From: an uncultured Oscillospiraceae bacterium
GTDB taxonomy: Bacteria; Bacillota; Clostridia; Christensenellales; CAG-138
Length of the DNA stretch: 64,000 nt
Direction: 5' to 3'
NCBI GenBank assembly: GCA_964636685.1
Contig: CAZWUK010000001.1
Coordinates: forward strand, 36,053 to 100,052
The translations under genes and the position numbers were made by a program. The notes under the pieces are model-generated. The model did not search any database. It saw only the letters and a list, made by a program, of their open reading frames with translations, and was not told the origin of the DNA. The stretch's first letter is position 1. Every line of letters starts with the position of its first letter. Shown in pieces: positions 28,805 through 37,918 of the stretch.

Positions 28805-29839
28805 TCAGATGCGAACGCCGCAGCGCTTTGCCGCAGCCTTCACAATCGCATAGACCAGTTCGTCGTACGCAACGCCGCAGGCCTCCGCCAGCATGGGAAA
28901 GTCGCTGTATCCCGGCGCAAGCCCCGGCAGCGGATTGATCTCGAGAAAATAGATCTTCTCCATTTCGTCCATGCGAAAATCCACCCGTGCCATGTCGCGG
29001 CAGCCCAGCGCCTGATAAACGCGCTTTGCCATACGCGTCATCTCGTCGTTCTGGGCCACGGTGAGCTTTGCCGGGCATTCATAGCGGATATACCGTGTAT
29101 AATCCTGCTTTACCGTATAGTTGTAGACCGGATATTCGCCGGGCGTACCGGCGATATACAGAATCTCCATAGGCGAAAACACGCGAATATCGCTGCCGTT
29201 TCCAAGTACGCCTACCGTAAATTCCCGTCCGCAGACAAATTCCTCCACGAGCACGGATTCACCGTACTGCGCGATGTTCTCCGCCACAAGCGCTTTGAGC
29301 TGCTCCGGCGTTTTGGCGACGCTGACGTCGGCAATGCCCTTGCTTGAGCCTTCGGCATTGGGCTTTACGATCACGGGAAAATGCAATGCCGCGCCCTTAT
29401 CCGCGGAATCTCCGGGATGGATCACGCGGGAATGCGGCGTCCTGATATGATAAGTCGACAGCAGGCGCTTTGTAAGCGCTTTGTCGAGCGCGATGCAGAG
29501 TGTCGTTTCGTCAGACCCCGTAAACGGGATGTCCATCATGTTGAGCAGTGCGGGAACCTGCGCCTCTCTGGCGCGTCCGCCATGCCCTTCGGCGATGTTG
29601 AATACAAGATCGGGACGCCGTGCGGTAAGCTGCTCCGGCAGATGGGCGTCCGCTTCGTAAACACTTGTCGAAAGCCCATGCTTTTGAAGTGCCGCCGCAA
29701 TTGCCTCCACCGTCTCCGGATTGTCATATTCCGCCTCCATGTCCCTTGTCGTGGCCGGCGCAGCCTGCTTGTGCTTGAGGTTGCATACGATGCCGACCAC
29801 GGGTGCTGCAAGTGGAACGTCGTCTGCTGTTTGCGTCAT
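28805..29839 (-). CDS. ATP-grasp ligase of the D-Ala-D-Ala-ligase family (non-canonical; not the housekeeping Ddl type)
   Basis: 344 aa: NIAEGHGGRAREAQVPALLNMMDIPFTGS, FPVIVKPNAEGSSKGI, EEFV.GREFTVGVLG, ARVDFR....YFLEINPLPGL. It lacks the N-terminal GG.S.EHEVS motif of canonical Ddl. Only 12 nt separate it from kamA. Confidence 0.8.
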   Translation of the reverse strand: MTQTADDVPLAAPVVGIVCNLKHKQAAPATTRDMEAEYDNPETVEAIAAALQKHGLSTSVYEADAHLPEQLTARRPDLVFNIAEGHGGRAREAQVPALLNMMDIPFTGSDETTLCIALDKALTKRLLSTYHIRTPHSRVIHPGDSADKGAALHFPVIVKPNAEGSSKGIADVSVAKTPEQLKALVAENIAQYGESVLVEEFVCGREFTVGVLGNGSDIRVFSPMEILYIAGTPGEYPVYNYTVKQDYTRYIRYECPAKLTVAQNDEMTRMAKRVYQALGCRDMARVDFRMDEMEKIYFLEINPLPGLAPGYSDFPMLAEACGVAYDELVYAIVKAAAKRCGVRI

Positions 29840-29883
29840 AAAAAATCACTGTCCTTTCCGCTACATTATGTGATAGCACAAAT

Positions 29884-29912
29884 GTTGTACTGCGATTTAT
29901 ACGGATTGTCAA
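29884..29912 (-). promoter_or_regulatory. Candidate promoter of the ATP-grasp/KamA operon (TTGACA-17-TACAAC)
   Basis: Reverse complement of 29907-29912 is TTGACA and of 29884-29889 is TACAAC; 17-nt spacing. Confidence 0.45.
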
Positions 29913-30179
29913 CAAAAGAATTTTATGCGGCATGCACGCCGCGCCATGCTCGAAAGCATCCGCGCACGGCATCGTTTGCCGCCTGTTTGTTCTCTCACGC
30001 CCTACGCCGCGCCGTGGCGTGTTTGGCGCCTGCGCACGGTGAATTTGTTCTGTTCGGCGTAAAGCGTCGCACAGCCGATATGACGCGGTTGCATTCCATC
30101 GCGTGCCTGTGTGATCTAATCACTTACAGCCGCCGCCGCAGCCGTTATACTATCATCATCCAAGGAGGTGTAAATTGTT

Positions 30180-30422
30180 ATGGAACATCAACAGAATAAG
30201 CATACCCTGCTGCGTTATCTGCCCGTAATCATCGGCTGCATTGTCGGCGCAATCGGCGGATTTCTTTACTACCGCTATGTAGGCTGCGCGACCGGCGCCT
30301 GCATGATTACCGGAAATCCCTATATCTCCACCATCTACGGAAGCGTATTTGGCGCGCTGCTCGGCTCGCTTTTCGTACGCTCCGGAAAAAAGAGCGTGGA
30401 TAGCGAGACCGTCGAGAGCTAA
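30180..30422 (+). CDS. Small membrane protein (2 TM, Gly-rich), unknown function
   Basis: 80 aa: LRYLPVIIGCIVGAIGGFLYYRYVGCATGACMITGNPYISTIYGSVFGALLGSLF. AAGGAGG lies upstream, and a TTACAG-16-TATACT promoter-like element sits at 30125-30152. Confidence 0.6.
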   Translation: MEHQQNKHTLLRYLPVIIGCIVGAIGGFLYYRYVGCATGACMITGNPYISTIYGSVFGALLGSLFVRSGKKSVDSETVES

Positions 30423-30494
30423 ATCCCTTCTGTCAGGAGGCGCGTCTGAGGATACGCCCGTTTCCCGCAAGCAAAAGCCGCAGCATGAAAAGAA

Positions 30495-30530
30495 CAGGGT
30501 ATCGCCGTACTGTACCACGGTGATACCCTG
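30495..30530. terminator. Hairpin terminator between the convergent small membrane protein gene and the ABC permease operon
   Basis: CAGGGTATCgCCGT-actgtacc-ACGGtGATACCCTG followed by CATCATTTTG. Confidence 0.65.
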
Positions 30531-30605
30531 CATCATTTTGTCTTGGCAAACAGCGCGTTCGTCCGCGCGTCCGTTCTCACAATTGGAGCGCCCGTTTCCC
30601 GGCAA

Positions 30606-31529
30606 TCAACCGCGGATCGCGGGCAGCTTCTTTTTTGCCATCAGGTTTTTCAACCCGATCATCAACAACACGAGGATGGTCGCAACATATGGCAGCGTCA
30701 GAACGATCTGCGACGGTATGCCGATATTTTGCAAGCCCAGCGATAATGCGTCCGTATAGGCAAACAGCAGGCAGGACAGCGCGGACATGAGCGGATTCCC
30801 ACGGCCGACCAGAATCGCCGCGACGACGAGAAACCCGCGCCCGGCCGTCATGTTTTCGCTGAAGATGGACGTGCCGCCAAGCGGCAGCACCGCGCCCGCC
30901 AGTCCGCAGAACGCGCCGGTGATGAGCAGCGAGATCCACCGGTATTTCAAGATGTTGGTTCCGGCGGTCTGCGCCGCCTTCGGATTCATGCCAACACCGC
31001 GGAGGCGCAATCCGAACGCGGTCTTATACATGATGATCCACATCACGACGATTGACAACAGCGCAACATACACCAGAATGTTCTGATTGTTAAAGATGTC
31101 CCGCAGGTACGGAATCCGGTTCAGAACCGGAATGTCAAACGTCGGCAGGCTCACAAGACGCGGGTCCATGAAAGAGCCGCGCGTTTTGAACACCGAGAGC
31201 ATCATCAGCGTCGTAAAGCCCCACGCGCCAAGATTTAGCGCAATGGACACGACAATGCCGCTCGAGCCCAGGTGAAACACAAACAGCCCGAAGATCCCGC
31301 CGCAGACAAGCCCGGCGAGGATGCCGCACAGCACGCCGATATAGGGGTTTGCCGTAAGATACGTTCCATACGCGGCAAAGAACGCGGCCGTCAGCATGAA
31401 GCTTTCCAGCGCAATATTGAATACGCCGCCGCGGTCGCAGTAGCAGCCGCCCACCGTGCCGAGAATCAACGGCGTAGACAGTCGCAGCGTCGAGGCGAGA
31501 GTCGCCGTTCCAAAGAGTACGTTCAGCAT
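30606..31529 (-). CDS. ABC transporter permease (BMP/nucleoside-type, NupQ/YufQ-like)
   Basis: 307 aa, multi-TM, last gene of the BMP-type ABC operon. Overlaps the preceding permease gene by 7 nt. Confidence 0.85.
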   Translation of the reverse strand: MLNVLFGTATLASTLRLSTPLILGTVGGCYCDRGGVFNIALESFMLTAAFFAAYGTYLTANPYIGVLCGILAGLVCGGIFGLFVFHLGSSGIVVSIALNLGAWGFTTLMMLSVFKTRGSFMDPRLVSLPTFDIPVLNRIPYLRDIFNNQNILVYVALLSIVVMWIIMYKTAFGLRLRGVGMNPKAAQTAGTNILKYRWISLLITGAFCGLAGAVLPLGGTSIFSENMTAGRGFLVVAAILVGRGNPLMSALSCLLFAYTDALSLGLQNIGIPSQIVLTLPYVATILVLLMIGLKNLMAKKKLPAIRG

Positions 31530-32605
31530 CCGCGCATCCTCCTATTCTCCCGCTTGCGGCTGAAATAATCCAGCATTCTGCGATAATCCACCGTGACAAA
31601 CAATACGAACATCGCCTGCATCAATTCGACCGTCAGCCGGTTGGTCGTGGTGAGGCGTTCCATGTGCAGCGCGCCCGCTTTCAACGAACCCCAAAGCGTT
31701 CCGACCAGACCGACGCCGATGGGATTGCAGTTGGCGATCATGGCGATCATGATGCCGTCCCAGCCGATATTGGAAGCAAAATTCGGCGTGAATTTTCCGT
31801 ATACGCCCAGCACCTCAATCGCGCCGCAAAGCCCCGCGATAAAGCCGGACGCCAGAAAGATCGTCAGGTACATCTGCGTCGTTCGAACGCCGCCCACCCG
31901 GGCAAAGCGCGGATTGGCGCCCACCTGCTTCATCTCATAGCCGACGATCGTATAGCGATACACAAGATAGACCAATATCACCAGCGCGATGGCGACAAAG
32001 ATGCCGGTATTGGCGTTGGTCTTCTCCACAAGCTTGGTCAATTCTGCTGCCTCGCCGACCGGCGGGGTTGCCATCGCCTTGCTGTTGTTGGAGGCGCTGA
32101 TGCCCTTGACCACCTTGGTCAGATACTCCGTCACCAGCGTTGCCACATAGTTGAGCATGAGCGTGGAGATCATTTCGTTGATATTGAGCTTCATCTTGAG
32201 CAGCGCCGGAATCAAGGCAAACAGCATGCCCACGATCCCGCCGATCAAAATGCACACGATTGGGAAAATAATCGGCGGCAGATCCAGATAAATGCCGGCA
32301 AGCGCGGCCGCAAACGCACCGAAGTACAGCTGTCCGCCAACACCGAGGTTCCAGATGCCCGCTTTGAACGCGACGGTCGCTGCAATTCCCATCAGGATGC
32401 AGGGCGTGACCCAGCGGATTGTGTTGCCGATCATCTTCTGCCCGCCGAACGCACCCTCGAAAATCGCCGCGATCGCCTCTCCGGGCGCGCCGCCCTGCAT
32501 GCGGATCAGCATTGCGCCGACAACGCCGACCGCGAGAAGCGCGATCACGTACTTGAGGATTTCCGAGATCACCTTATTGCGATTTCCGTTTGCCTCATGC
32601 TTCAT
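31523..32605 (-). CDS. ABC transporter permease (BMP/nucleoside-type, NupP/YufP-like)
   Basis: About 360 aa, multi-TM. The ATG at 32605 is preceded by GGGAGGTGG; the track start is GTG at 32614. Confidence 0.85.
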   Translation of the reverse strand: MKHEANGNRNKVISEILKYVIALLAVGVVGAMLIRMQGGAPGEAIAAIFEGAFGGQKMIGNTIRWVTPCILMGIAATVAFKAGIWNLGVGGQLYFGAFAAALAGIYLDLPPIIFPIVCILIGGIVGMLFALIPALLKMKLNINEMISTLMLNYVATLVTEYLTKVVKGISASNNSKAMATPPVGEAAELTKLVEKTNANTGIFVAIALVILVYLVYRYTIVGYEMKQVGANPRFARVGGVRTTQMYLTIFLASGFIAGLCGAIEVLGVYGKFTPNFASNIGWDGIMIAMIANCNPIGVGLVGTLWGSLKAGALHMERLTTTNRLTVELMQAMFVLFVTVDYRRMLDYFSRKRENRRMRGC

Positions 32606-34115
32606 GCCTGCCACCTCCCGTCATCAAAAGTCCGATCTGCTGCTCGGTCAATTCGCCATGCCTGCCCGCGTCATACAGCCCGCCGTCATACATCACAAGG
32701 ATGCGGTCGGAAACCTCCATGACCTCGTTGAGTTCCTGACTGACCAAGAGCACCGCCACGCCGGACGCGGCAAGCAGCTCGATCTTCTTCCAGATAAATT
32801 CAATCGCGCCGATATCGATACCACGCGTCGGATCCTGAATAATCAAAAGCTTGTTGTCCTGTAAAAACTCGCGTCCGACGATGGTTTTTTGCACGTTGCC
32901 GCCGGAAAGCGAGGATATATGCGTTTGCAGCGACGGAGTTTTGACGGCGTATTTTTCCACCACGTCGTCGGCAAACCCGTATGCCTGTTTGTGATCGATC
33001 AAAAGCTTGCTGTGGAATCCATGCGCCACATGATAGCCCATCATGCAGTTTTCCCAGATGCTGGCGTCCCGGTTGACGCCGTCCGCCATGCGATCCTGCG
33101 GCACGTAGCCGATCCCCATACAGCGTCTTTCGCGGCAGGTTGCATTGGAAATATCGTTGCCGCAAAACGCGACCTTGCCCTTGAGCTGCTTTTGCAGCCC
33201 AAACAGCGACTCGACCAGCTCCACCTGTCCCGATCCGGCAACGCCCGCGATCCCCACGATCTCGCCCGCGCGCACCGACAGCGCCACATCCTTGACCCGA
33301 AGCCTCTGCCTTTCATCCGCCACGGTGAGATGCTCCACGTGCAGCACCTCGTCGCCCGCGGTTTTCTCCAGCTTTTCGGCTTCCAGCACGACCGTGCGCC
33401 CCACCATCATGCTGGCAAGCTTCTCCTTGCTCGTCTCCTTGGGAACGGTATTGCCCGTGACGCAGCCATCCTTGAGCACCGTGATGCGATCGGCAATCTC
33501 CAGCACCTCATGCAGCTTATGGGTGATAAACAGGATCGTTTTGCCCTTTTGGATCAAAAAACGCATCGCTTCAAACAATCCCTCGACTCCCTGCGGCGTC
33601 AGAACCGAGGTCGGTTCGTCAAAGATCAAAATTTCCGCGCCGCGATAGAGGATCTTGACGATCTCCACCTGTTGCAGCACGGAAACCGGCAGCTCGGAAA
33701 CCATCGCATCGAGCGGAAGGTCAAAGCCATAGGTCTTGCAGATCTCCTCTACCGCTTTTCTAGTCTTTTTACGATGGATCACGCCGCACACCGTCAGCTT
33801 TTCATACCCCATCATGATGTTGTCAAGCACGCTCATCTCCGGAAAAAGCATGAATTCCTGATAGACCATGCCGACGCCGGCACGGTTTGCATCCGTCGCA
33901 TTCCGAAACCGCATAACCTTTCCGCCGATGAGCACTTCGCCGTCATCCTGTTGATAGATGCCGGAAATAATATTCATCAGAGTACTTTTGCCGGCGCCGT
34001 TCTCGCCGATAATAGCGTGAACCGTGCCCTTTTCCACCTGGAGATCGATATTGTTATTTGCTGTCAGCTTTCCAAACCGCTTGGTAATCCCTTTGAGTTC
34101 GAGATATGCTTGCAT
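32595..34115 (-). CDS. ABC transporter ATP-binding protein, tandem-cassette (NupO/RbsA-like)
   Basis: 506 aa with two NBDs: GENGAGKST ... LSVLQQ.. FDEPT, and a second cassette GVAGSGQ ... LSGGNVQK ... IQDPTRGID. Confidence 0.9.
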   Translation of the reverse strand: MQAYLELKGITKRFGKLTANNNIDLQVEKGTVHAIIGENGAGKSTLMNIISGIYQQDDGEVLIGGKVMRFRNATDANRAGVGMVYQEFMLFPEMSVLDNIMMGYEKLTVCGVIHRKKTRKAVEEICKTYGFDLPLDAMVSELPVSVLQQVEIVKILYRGAEILIFDEPTSVLTPQGVEGLFEAMRFLIQKGKTILFITHKLHEVLEIADRITVLKDGCVTGNTVPKETSKEKLASMMVGRTVVLEAEKLEKTAGDEVLHVEHLTVADERQRLRVKDVALSVRAGEIVGIAGVAGSGQVELVESLFGLQKQLKGKVAFCGNDISNATCRERRCMGIGYVPQDRMADGVNRDASIWENCMMGYHVAHGFHSKLLIDHKQAYGFADDVVEKYAVKTPSLQTHISSLSGGNVQKTIVGREFLQDNKLLIIQDPTRGIDIGAIEFIWKKIELLAASGVAVLLVSQELNEVMEVSDRILVMYDGGLYDAGRHGELTEQQIGLLMTGGGRHEA

Positions 34116-34161
34116 GTGCGTCCTCCGTTTGCAATGGCGGATTATTTTTTCGCTTGTCTCT

Positions 34162-34206
34162 CAAAAATAAGGATATGGGAGCGCGGCAATCGCCGCGTTC
34201 CCATAT
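34162..34206 (-). terminator. Intra-operon hairpin/partial terminator after the BMP lipoprotein gene
   Basis: ATATGGGAACGCGGC-gatt-GCCGCGCTCCCATAT followed by CCTTATTTTTG on the minus strand. Confidence 0.65.
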
Positions 34207-34218
34207 GCTTTTGTTAGA

Positions 34219-35277
34219 TTAGCCCTGGTAGGAGAACACGTCCACCGTGCCGCCCTTGACGCCTTCCATCAGCGCATCAACAGCCGTCTTGGTCGTATCG
34301 TCCAGATTCGCGTAGTCACGGTCGTCATAGATCGGGTTGCCGGTCTCGATGCCGTAGTTGATGGAGCCTGCCTCCAGCGTGCCTGCCGCAAAACGCGTGT
34401 AGGAATCGTACACCGCGTCGTTGATGGCGATCAGCGCAGACCAGTAGACGAGGGGATCGATGTCGCCCTGCCATTCGTCAACGCCGATGCACTTGACGCC
34501 CTTTTCCACACAGGCCTGGATTACGCCAAGACCCGCTTCGTTTGCTGCATGGAATATCACGTCAGCGCCCTTGTCGAGGATGAGCTTTGCGGTTTCCGCG
34601 CCCTTGACCGTATCGGAAGCATCGCCGATGTAGGCCATTTCGCAGGTCACATTCAGTCCGTAGGTTTCGTTGGCATACTTGACGCCCGCGGCATAACCGT
34701 CATAGAAACGAGTGATGACGGGGATGTCCAGGCAGCCGACCCAACCGACAACGCCGGTCTTGCTGGTCAGCGCGGCGACGAGGCCTGCCACAAAGGAGGG
34801 TTCAAAGGAGTCCACGATGATGCTTGTGACGTTGGGCTCATTGATCTCTTCGTTGCAGTCGATCAGGATGAACTGGGTATCCGGATATTCGGGCGCGATC
34901 TCCGCGGCGACGAGGTTGACGCCGTCAAACATCGAGTAGATGGGGTTTGCGCCCAGTTCTGCCATTGCACGGAGCTGTTCTTCGAATTCGGATGCTTCCA
35001 GCGCTTCGACAAACTGAACCTTCGCGCCGGTTTCGCTCTCGATCTTTTCAAAGCCCAGCCAAGTCAGCTGAGAAAACGGTGCGCCCGCTGCGGACTCGCT
35101 CACGATGCAGGTGAACGCTTCCTTCGCTTCGGGCTCGGTGCTTTCCTCGGGCGCATCGGTCGCAGTCGCTGCTTCCGTTGCTTCAGGTTCGGTCACAGGC
35201 GTCTCGGTCGTGGTCTTGCATGCCACCATGCCAGCGACCATTGCGAGAACCAGCAGGATTGCCATAAGACGTTTCAT
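34219..35277 (-). CDS. BMP-family (PnrA/TmpC/Med-like) substrate-binding lipoprotein, probable nucleoside binding
   Basis: 352 aa with lipobox VAGMVAC, a Thr/Glu/Ala linker and BMP-fold motifs (VGWVGCLDIPVI, ADVIFHAANEAGLGV). Confidence 0.85.
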   Translation of the reverse strand: MKRLMAILLVLAMVAGMVACKTTTETPVTEPEATEAATATDAPEESTEPEAKEAFTCIVSESAAGAPFSQLTWLGFEKIESETGAKVQFVEALEASEFEEQLRAMAELGANPIYSMFDGVNLVAAEIAPEYPDTQFILIDCNEEINEPNVTSIIVDSFEPSFVAGLVAALTSKTGVVGWVGCLDIPVITRFYDGYAAGVKYANETYGLNVTCEMAYIGDASDTVKGAETAKLILDKGADVIFHAANEAGLGVIQACVEKGVKCIGVDEWQGDIDPLVYWSALIAINDAVYDSYTRFAAGTLEAGSINYGIETGNPIYDDRDYANLDDTTKTAVDALMEGVKGGTVDVFSYQG

Positions 35278-35324
35278 TGTTAGTTTCCTCCTCCGTAATT
35301 ATCGTGTTTGTTTCTTTTTCTATG

Positions 35325-36020
35325 TTAATTGTTCGACACGCCGAACAGGGAACATAGCTCGCTGATATCCTCTGCCAGCACATCCGGATGACATGCCAGG
35401 AGGCTTTCCACCGACCAGTTGCCGGAACCCACCGCCACAACAAAGACTTTGGCGGCGACGCCCGCGTCGATATCAAACGGGGATTCGCCGATATAGACGC
35501 ATTCCTCGGCGGGCTTTCCAACAAGCCTTGCCGCGTTGAGGATCGGCTCGGGATCGGGTTTGAAGCAGGTCACGTCGTCTCGGGAGATCAGGTACTTGAT
35601 CGAATCCGACAAATGCAGGTTGTCCAGAATAAACTGGGCGTTCTGCCGCCGTTCCGAGGTAATCAGGCACACGGGGTAGCCCGCGCGATAGATCGCCTCC
35701 ACCGTTTCCCGGGCGTTTTTAATACAGGTCGCGCCCTTTGCCATGAAGATTGGGTACTGCCGTTTATATTCCGCGATAAACTCCGCGATCCGCTCCGTCT
35801 CGCTCTGATCCACGTTTCCAAGCTGCATCAGCATCACTTCGACGGGAAGCCCGAACATGTCGAGAATCTCCTGCTTGTCCGGCACCCGCGCGCCAACATG
35901 GGAAAAGCAGCAATACAGCGCTTCACAGATGGCGTTCTGGGAATGGATCAGCGTTCCGTCAAGATCGGTCAAGAGGGCGGTGTAGGCGCCGCTTTTCGGC
36001 GCGCGTGCGACAACCTTCAT
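35325..36020 (-). CDS. HAD-superfamily hydrolase (phosphatase, PGP-like subfamily IA)
   Basis: LLTDLDGTLIHS (DxDGT) motif I, ITSERR motif II, YIGESPFDIDAG motif IV. The ATG at 36020 forms an ATGA overlap with the upstream stop; the track start is over-extended. Confidence 0.8.
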   Translation of the reverse strand: MKVVARAPKSGAYTALLTDLDGTLIHSQNAICEALYCCFSHVGARVPDKQEILDMFGLPVEVMLMQLGNVDQSETERIAEFIAEYKRQYPIFMAKGATCIKNARETVEAIYRAGYPVCLITSERRQNAQFILDNLHLSDSIKYLISRDDVTCFKPDPEPILNAARLVGKPAEECVYIGESPFDIDAGVAAKVFVVAVGSGNWSVESLLACHPDVLAEDISELCSLFGVSNN

Positions 36021-36802
36021 GATTGCTTGGACAGTATCGCGTGGTCGAGCGCGTGTTTGCAGGGACAATCCGCTTCCGTATCAACATTCTTGATAGCAAG
36101 GCGCAATACGGCTTTGAAATCCTCCACGCCCTTGCGCAGAAGCTCCGGGAATTCCGCCGCGTCGATCTCAACGTCGATGCAGTAGTTGTTGGGCAGGCAG
36201 ATGTGCGCGTAGCACATGGCAAGCTCTCTGGCAAAGATCGCTTCCGGCAGCGTCGTCATGCCGATGAGATCAGCGCCCCAGCTGCGGAAAACGCGGTCCT
36301 CAAACTGGGTATTGAAGCGCAGCCCCTCGTCCACCACGATCTTGGCATGGTCATGTACATGACCGGGTTTGACGATGTTGGCCGCGTCGATGAGCGCTTT
36401 TCGCACCACCGGGCAGTAAGCCGGCGTCATGTCCACATGGTAAGCGTCCGTGGTATTGTCATACATCGAACGCGGATAGCGGCGGGTCATGTCAAAATAA
36501 TCGTCCGGGATCACAAGATCGCCCAGCGGAATGTCGGGATTGAGGCAGCCGACGCTGTTGGTGGCAAAAATCTTCTGCACCCCCAGCTCCTTGAACGCCA
36601 TCATGTTGGCGCGGTACGGGATGCGCGGGACGATGATCTTGTGGTTGGGCCCGTGCCGCGGCAAAAAGTAAACCGGTACGTTGTCGATGGTGCCCTTGTA
36701 CATTTCGGAAGAACGCCCGTATTCATTGTCGTGAATGAATACCTCGGGGTTCTCCAGCAGATCGTAAAATCCGCTTCCGCCAATAATTCCAATCGGTTGC
36801 AT
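36017..36802 (-). CDS. MTAP-family purine nucleoside phosphorylase, paralog 1
   Basis: 261 aa: IGIIGGSGFY, YFLPRHGPNHKI.P..IPYRANM.AFKELGV, ATNSVG, ADLIGMTT.PEA.FARE. Ends in a C-terminal DCPCKHALDHAIL. Confidence 0.85.
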   Translation of the reverse strand: MQPIGIIGGSGFYDLLENPEVFIHDNEYGRSSEMYKGTIDNVPVYFLPRHGPNHKIIVPRIPYRANMMAFKELGVQKIFATNSVGCLNPDIPLGDLVIPDDYFDMTRRYPRSMYDNTTDAYHVDMTPAYCPVVRKALIDAANIVKPGHVHDHAKIVVDEGLRFNTQFEDRVFRSWGADLIGMTTLPEAIFARELAMCYAHICLPNNYCIDVEIDAAEFPELLRKGVEDFKAVLRLAIKNVDTEADCPCKHALDHAILSKQS

Positions 36803-36837
36803 GTGTTTCCTCCAAGTATATGTTATTTGTTTAAATC

Positions 36838-37890
36838 TCAGCGGGCGCCCGTCTTTGGCGGGCAGATCGACCCGCGATCGATCAGCTTCATACTGAACAT
36901 GGTCTTTTGATAGGCGCCGGTTTCCTCCTCGACGGCTTCGAGCCGTTCCAAGATCTGCCGGCTTGCAAACCGTGCCAGCGCCGTGCTGTCCAGCTTTAAC
37001 GTCGAGATTCTGAGCTTTGTAAACATGCGGATGTCGTTCTCGCTCTCCTCCGTGCCGACAAGGGAAATGTCCTTCCCCGGCTCCAGCCCCCGCGCCTCGA
37101 GCGCGTCCAGTACGCCGTCGCAGATGTAGTTGTTTGCGGCAATGATTCCTGTGGGCGGCTCCTCCATGTCGAGCAGGGCATTGGTTTCCGTCATGCCGGT
37201 TTCGATGCTCCAGGTGCCGCGCCGGATATACTCCGGCCGGAACGGGACGCCCGCGCGATCGAGCGCGATCTTATAGCCCGTGATCTTGTCCTGCACGACG
37301 CTGACGCCCTGATGTCCTACGATCATGCCGATGCGGGAGTGTCCCGCGCAGATGAGCTTTTGCACGGCGTTGCCGATCCCGTTGATATTGTCGTTGATAA
37401 CGCTGTCAGCCGTGCCGGCGGGAAGATCCCGGTCTACGAAGATGATGGGCTTGTGCATTCTCTGTATGGGACGGATACACTCGATCAGCGCGTCGTTATC
37501 AATGCAGTCCGTAACGCTGATGATGCCGTCAACCAGCCGCGCGATGGGGCCGGACAAAAACGCGATTTCTTCCTCAGCCATGTTGTCCGTTTCAAACACC
37601 ATCGCAAAGTACCCGCCGCGTTTCAGTTCGCGGATCGCAACGCTCACAAACTCGGAAAAAAACGGGTTCTGAATCGTCGCAACGATGATAACGATCATCT
37701 TGCTCTTTCCCTTGACCATGACGCTGGCGTTGTAATTGGGCGTATACTGCGCTTTCTCCATGACCGCCAGCACATGCTCGCGCACCTCCGGCTTGACCCA
37801 TTTGTAGCCGTTGATGACACGCGACACCGTAGCGGTTGACACCTCCGCCATCCGCGCGATGTCCTTGATGGTAACTGCCTTGTTTCGCAT
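36838..37890 (-). CDS. LacI-family transcriptional regulator
   Basis: 350 aa with N-terminal HTH VTIKDIARMAEVSTATVSRVINGY and a periplasmic-binding-protein-like C-terminal domain. Confidence 0.9.
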   Translation of the reverse strand: MRNKAVTIKDIARMAEVSTATVSRVINGYKWVKPEVREHVLAVMEKAQYTPNYNASVMVKGKSKMIVIIVATIQNPFFSEFVSVAIRELKRGGYFAMVFETDNMAEEEIAFLSGPIARLVDGIISVTDCIDNDALIECIRPIQRMHKPIIFVDRDLPAGTADSVINDNINGIGNAVQKLICAGHSRIGMIVGHQGVSVVQDKITGYKIALDRAGVPFRPEYIRRGTWSIETGMTETNALLDMEEPPTGIIAANNYICDGVLDALEARGLEPGKDISLVGTEESENDIRMFTKLRISTLKLDSTALARFASRQILERLEAVEEETGAYQKTMFSMKLIDRGSICPPKTGAR

Positions 37891-37918
37891 GGCTCGTTCC
37901 CCCGTTTATCTTCTCTCT

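Noticed and set aside
30453-30600. A 13-bp direct repeat CGCCCGTTTCCCG occurring twice (about 30455 and 30587).
   Set aside because: It is a single pair of short GC-rich repeats in a convergent intergenic region, with no associated ORF or symmetry. This is probably chance or terminator-flanking similarity.
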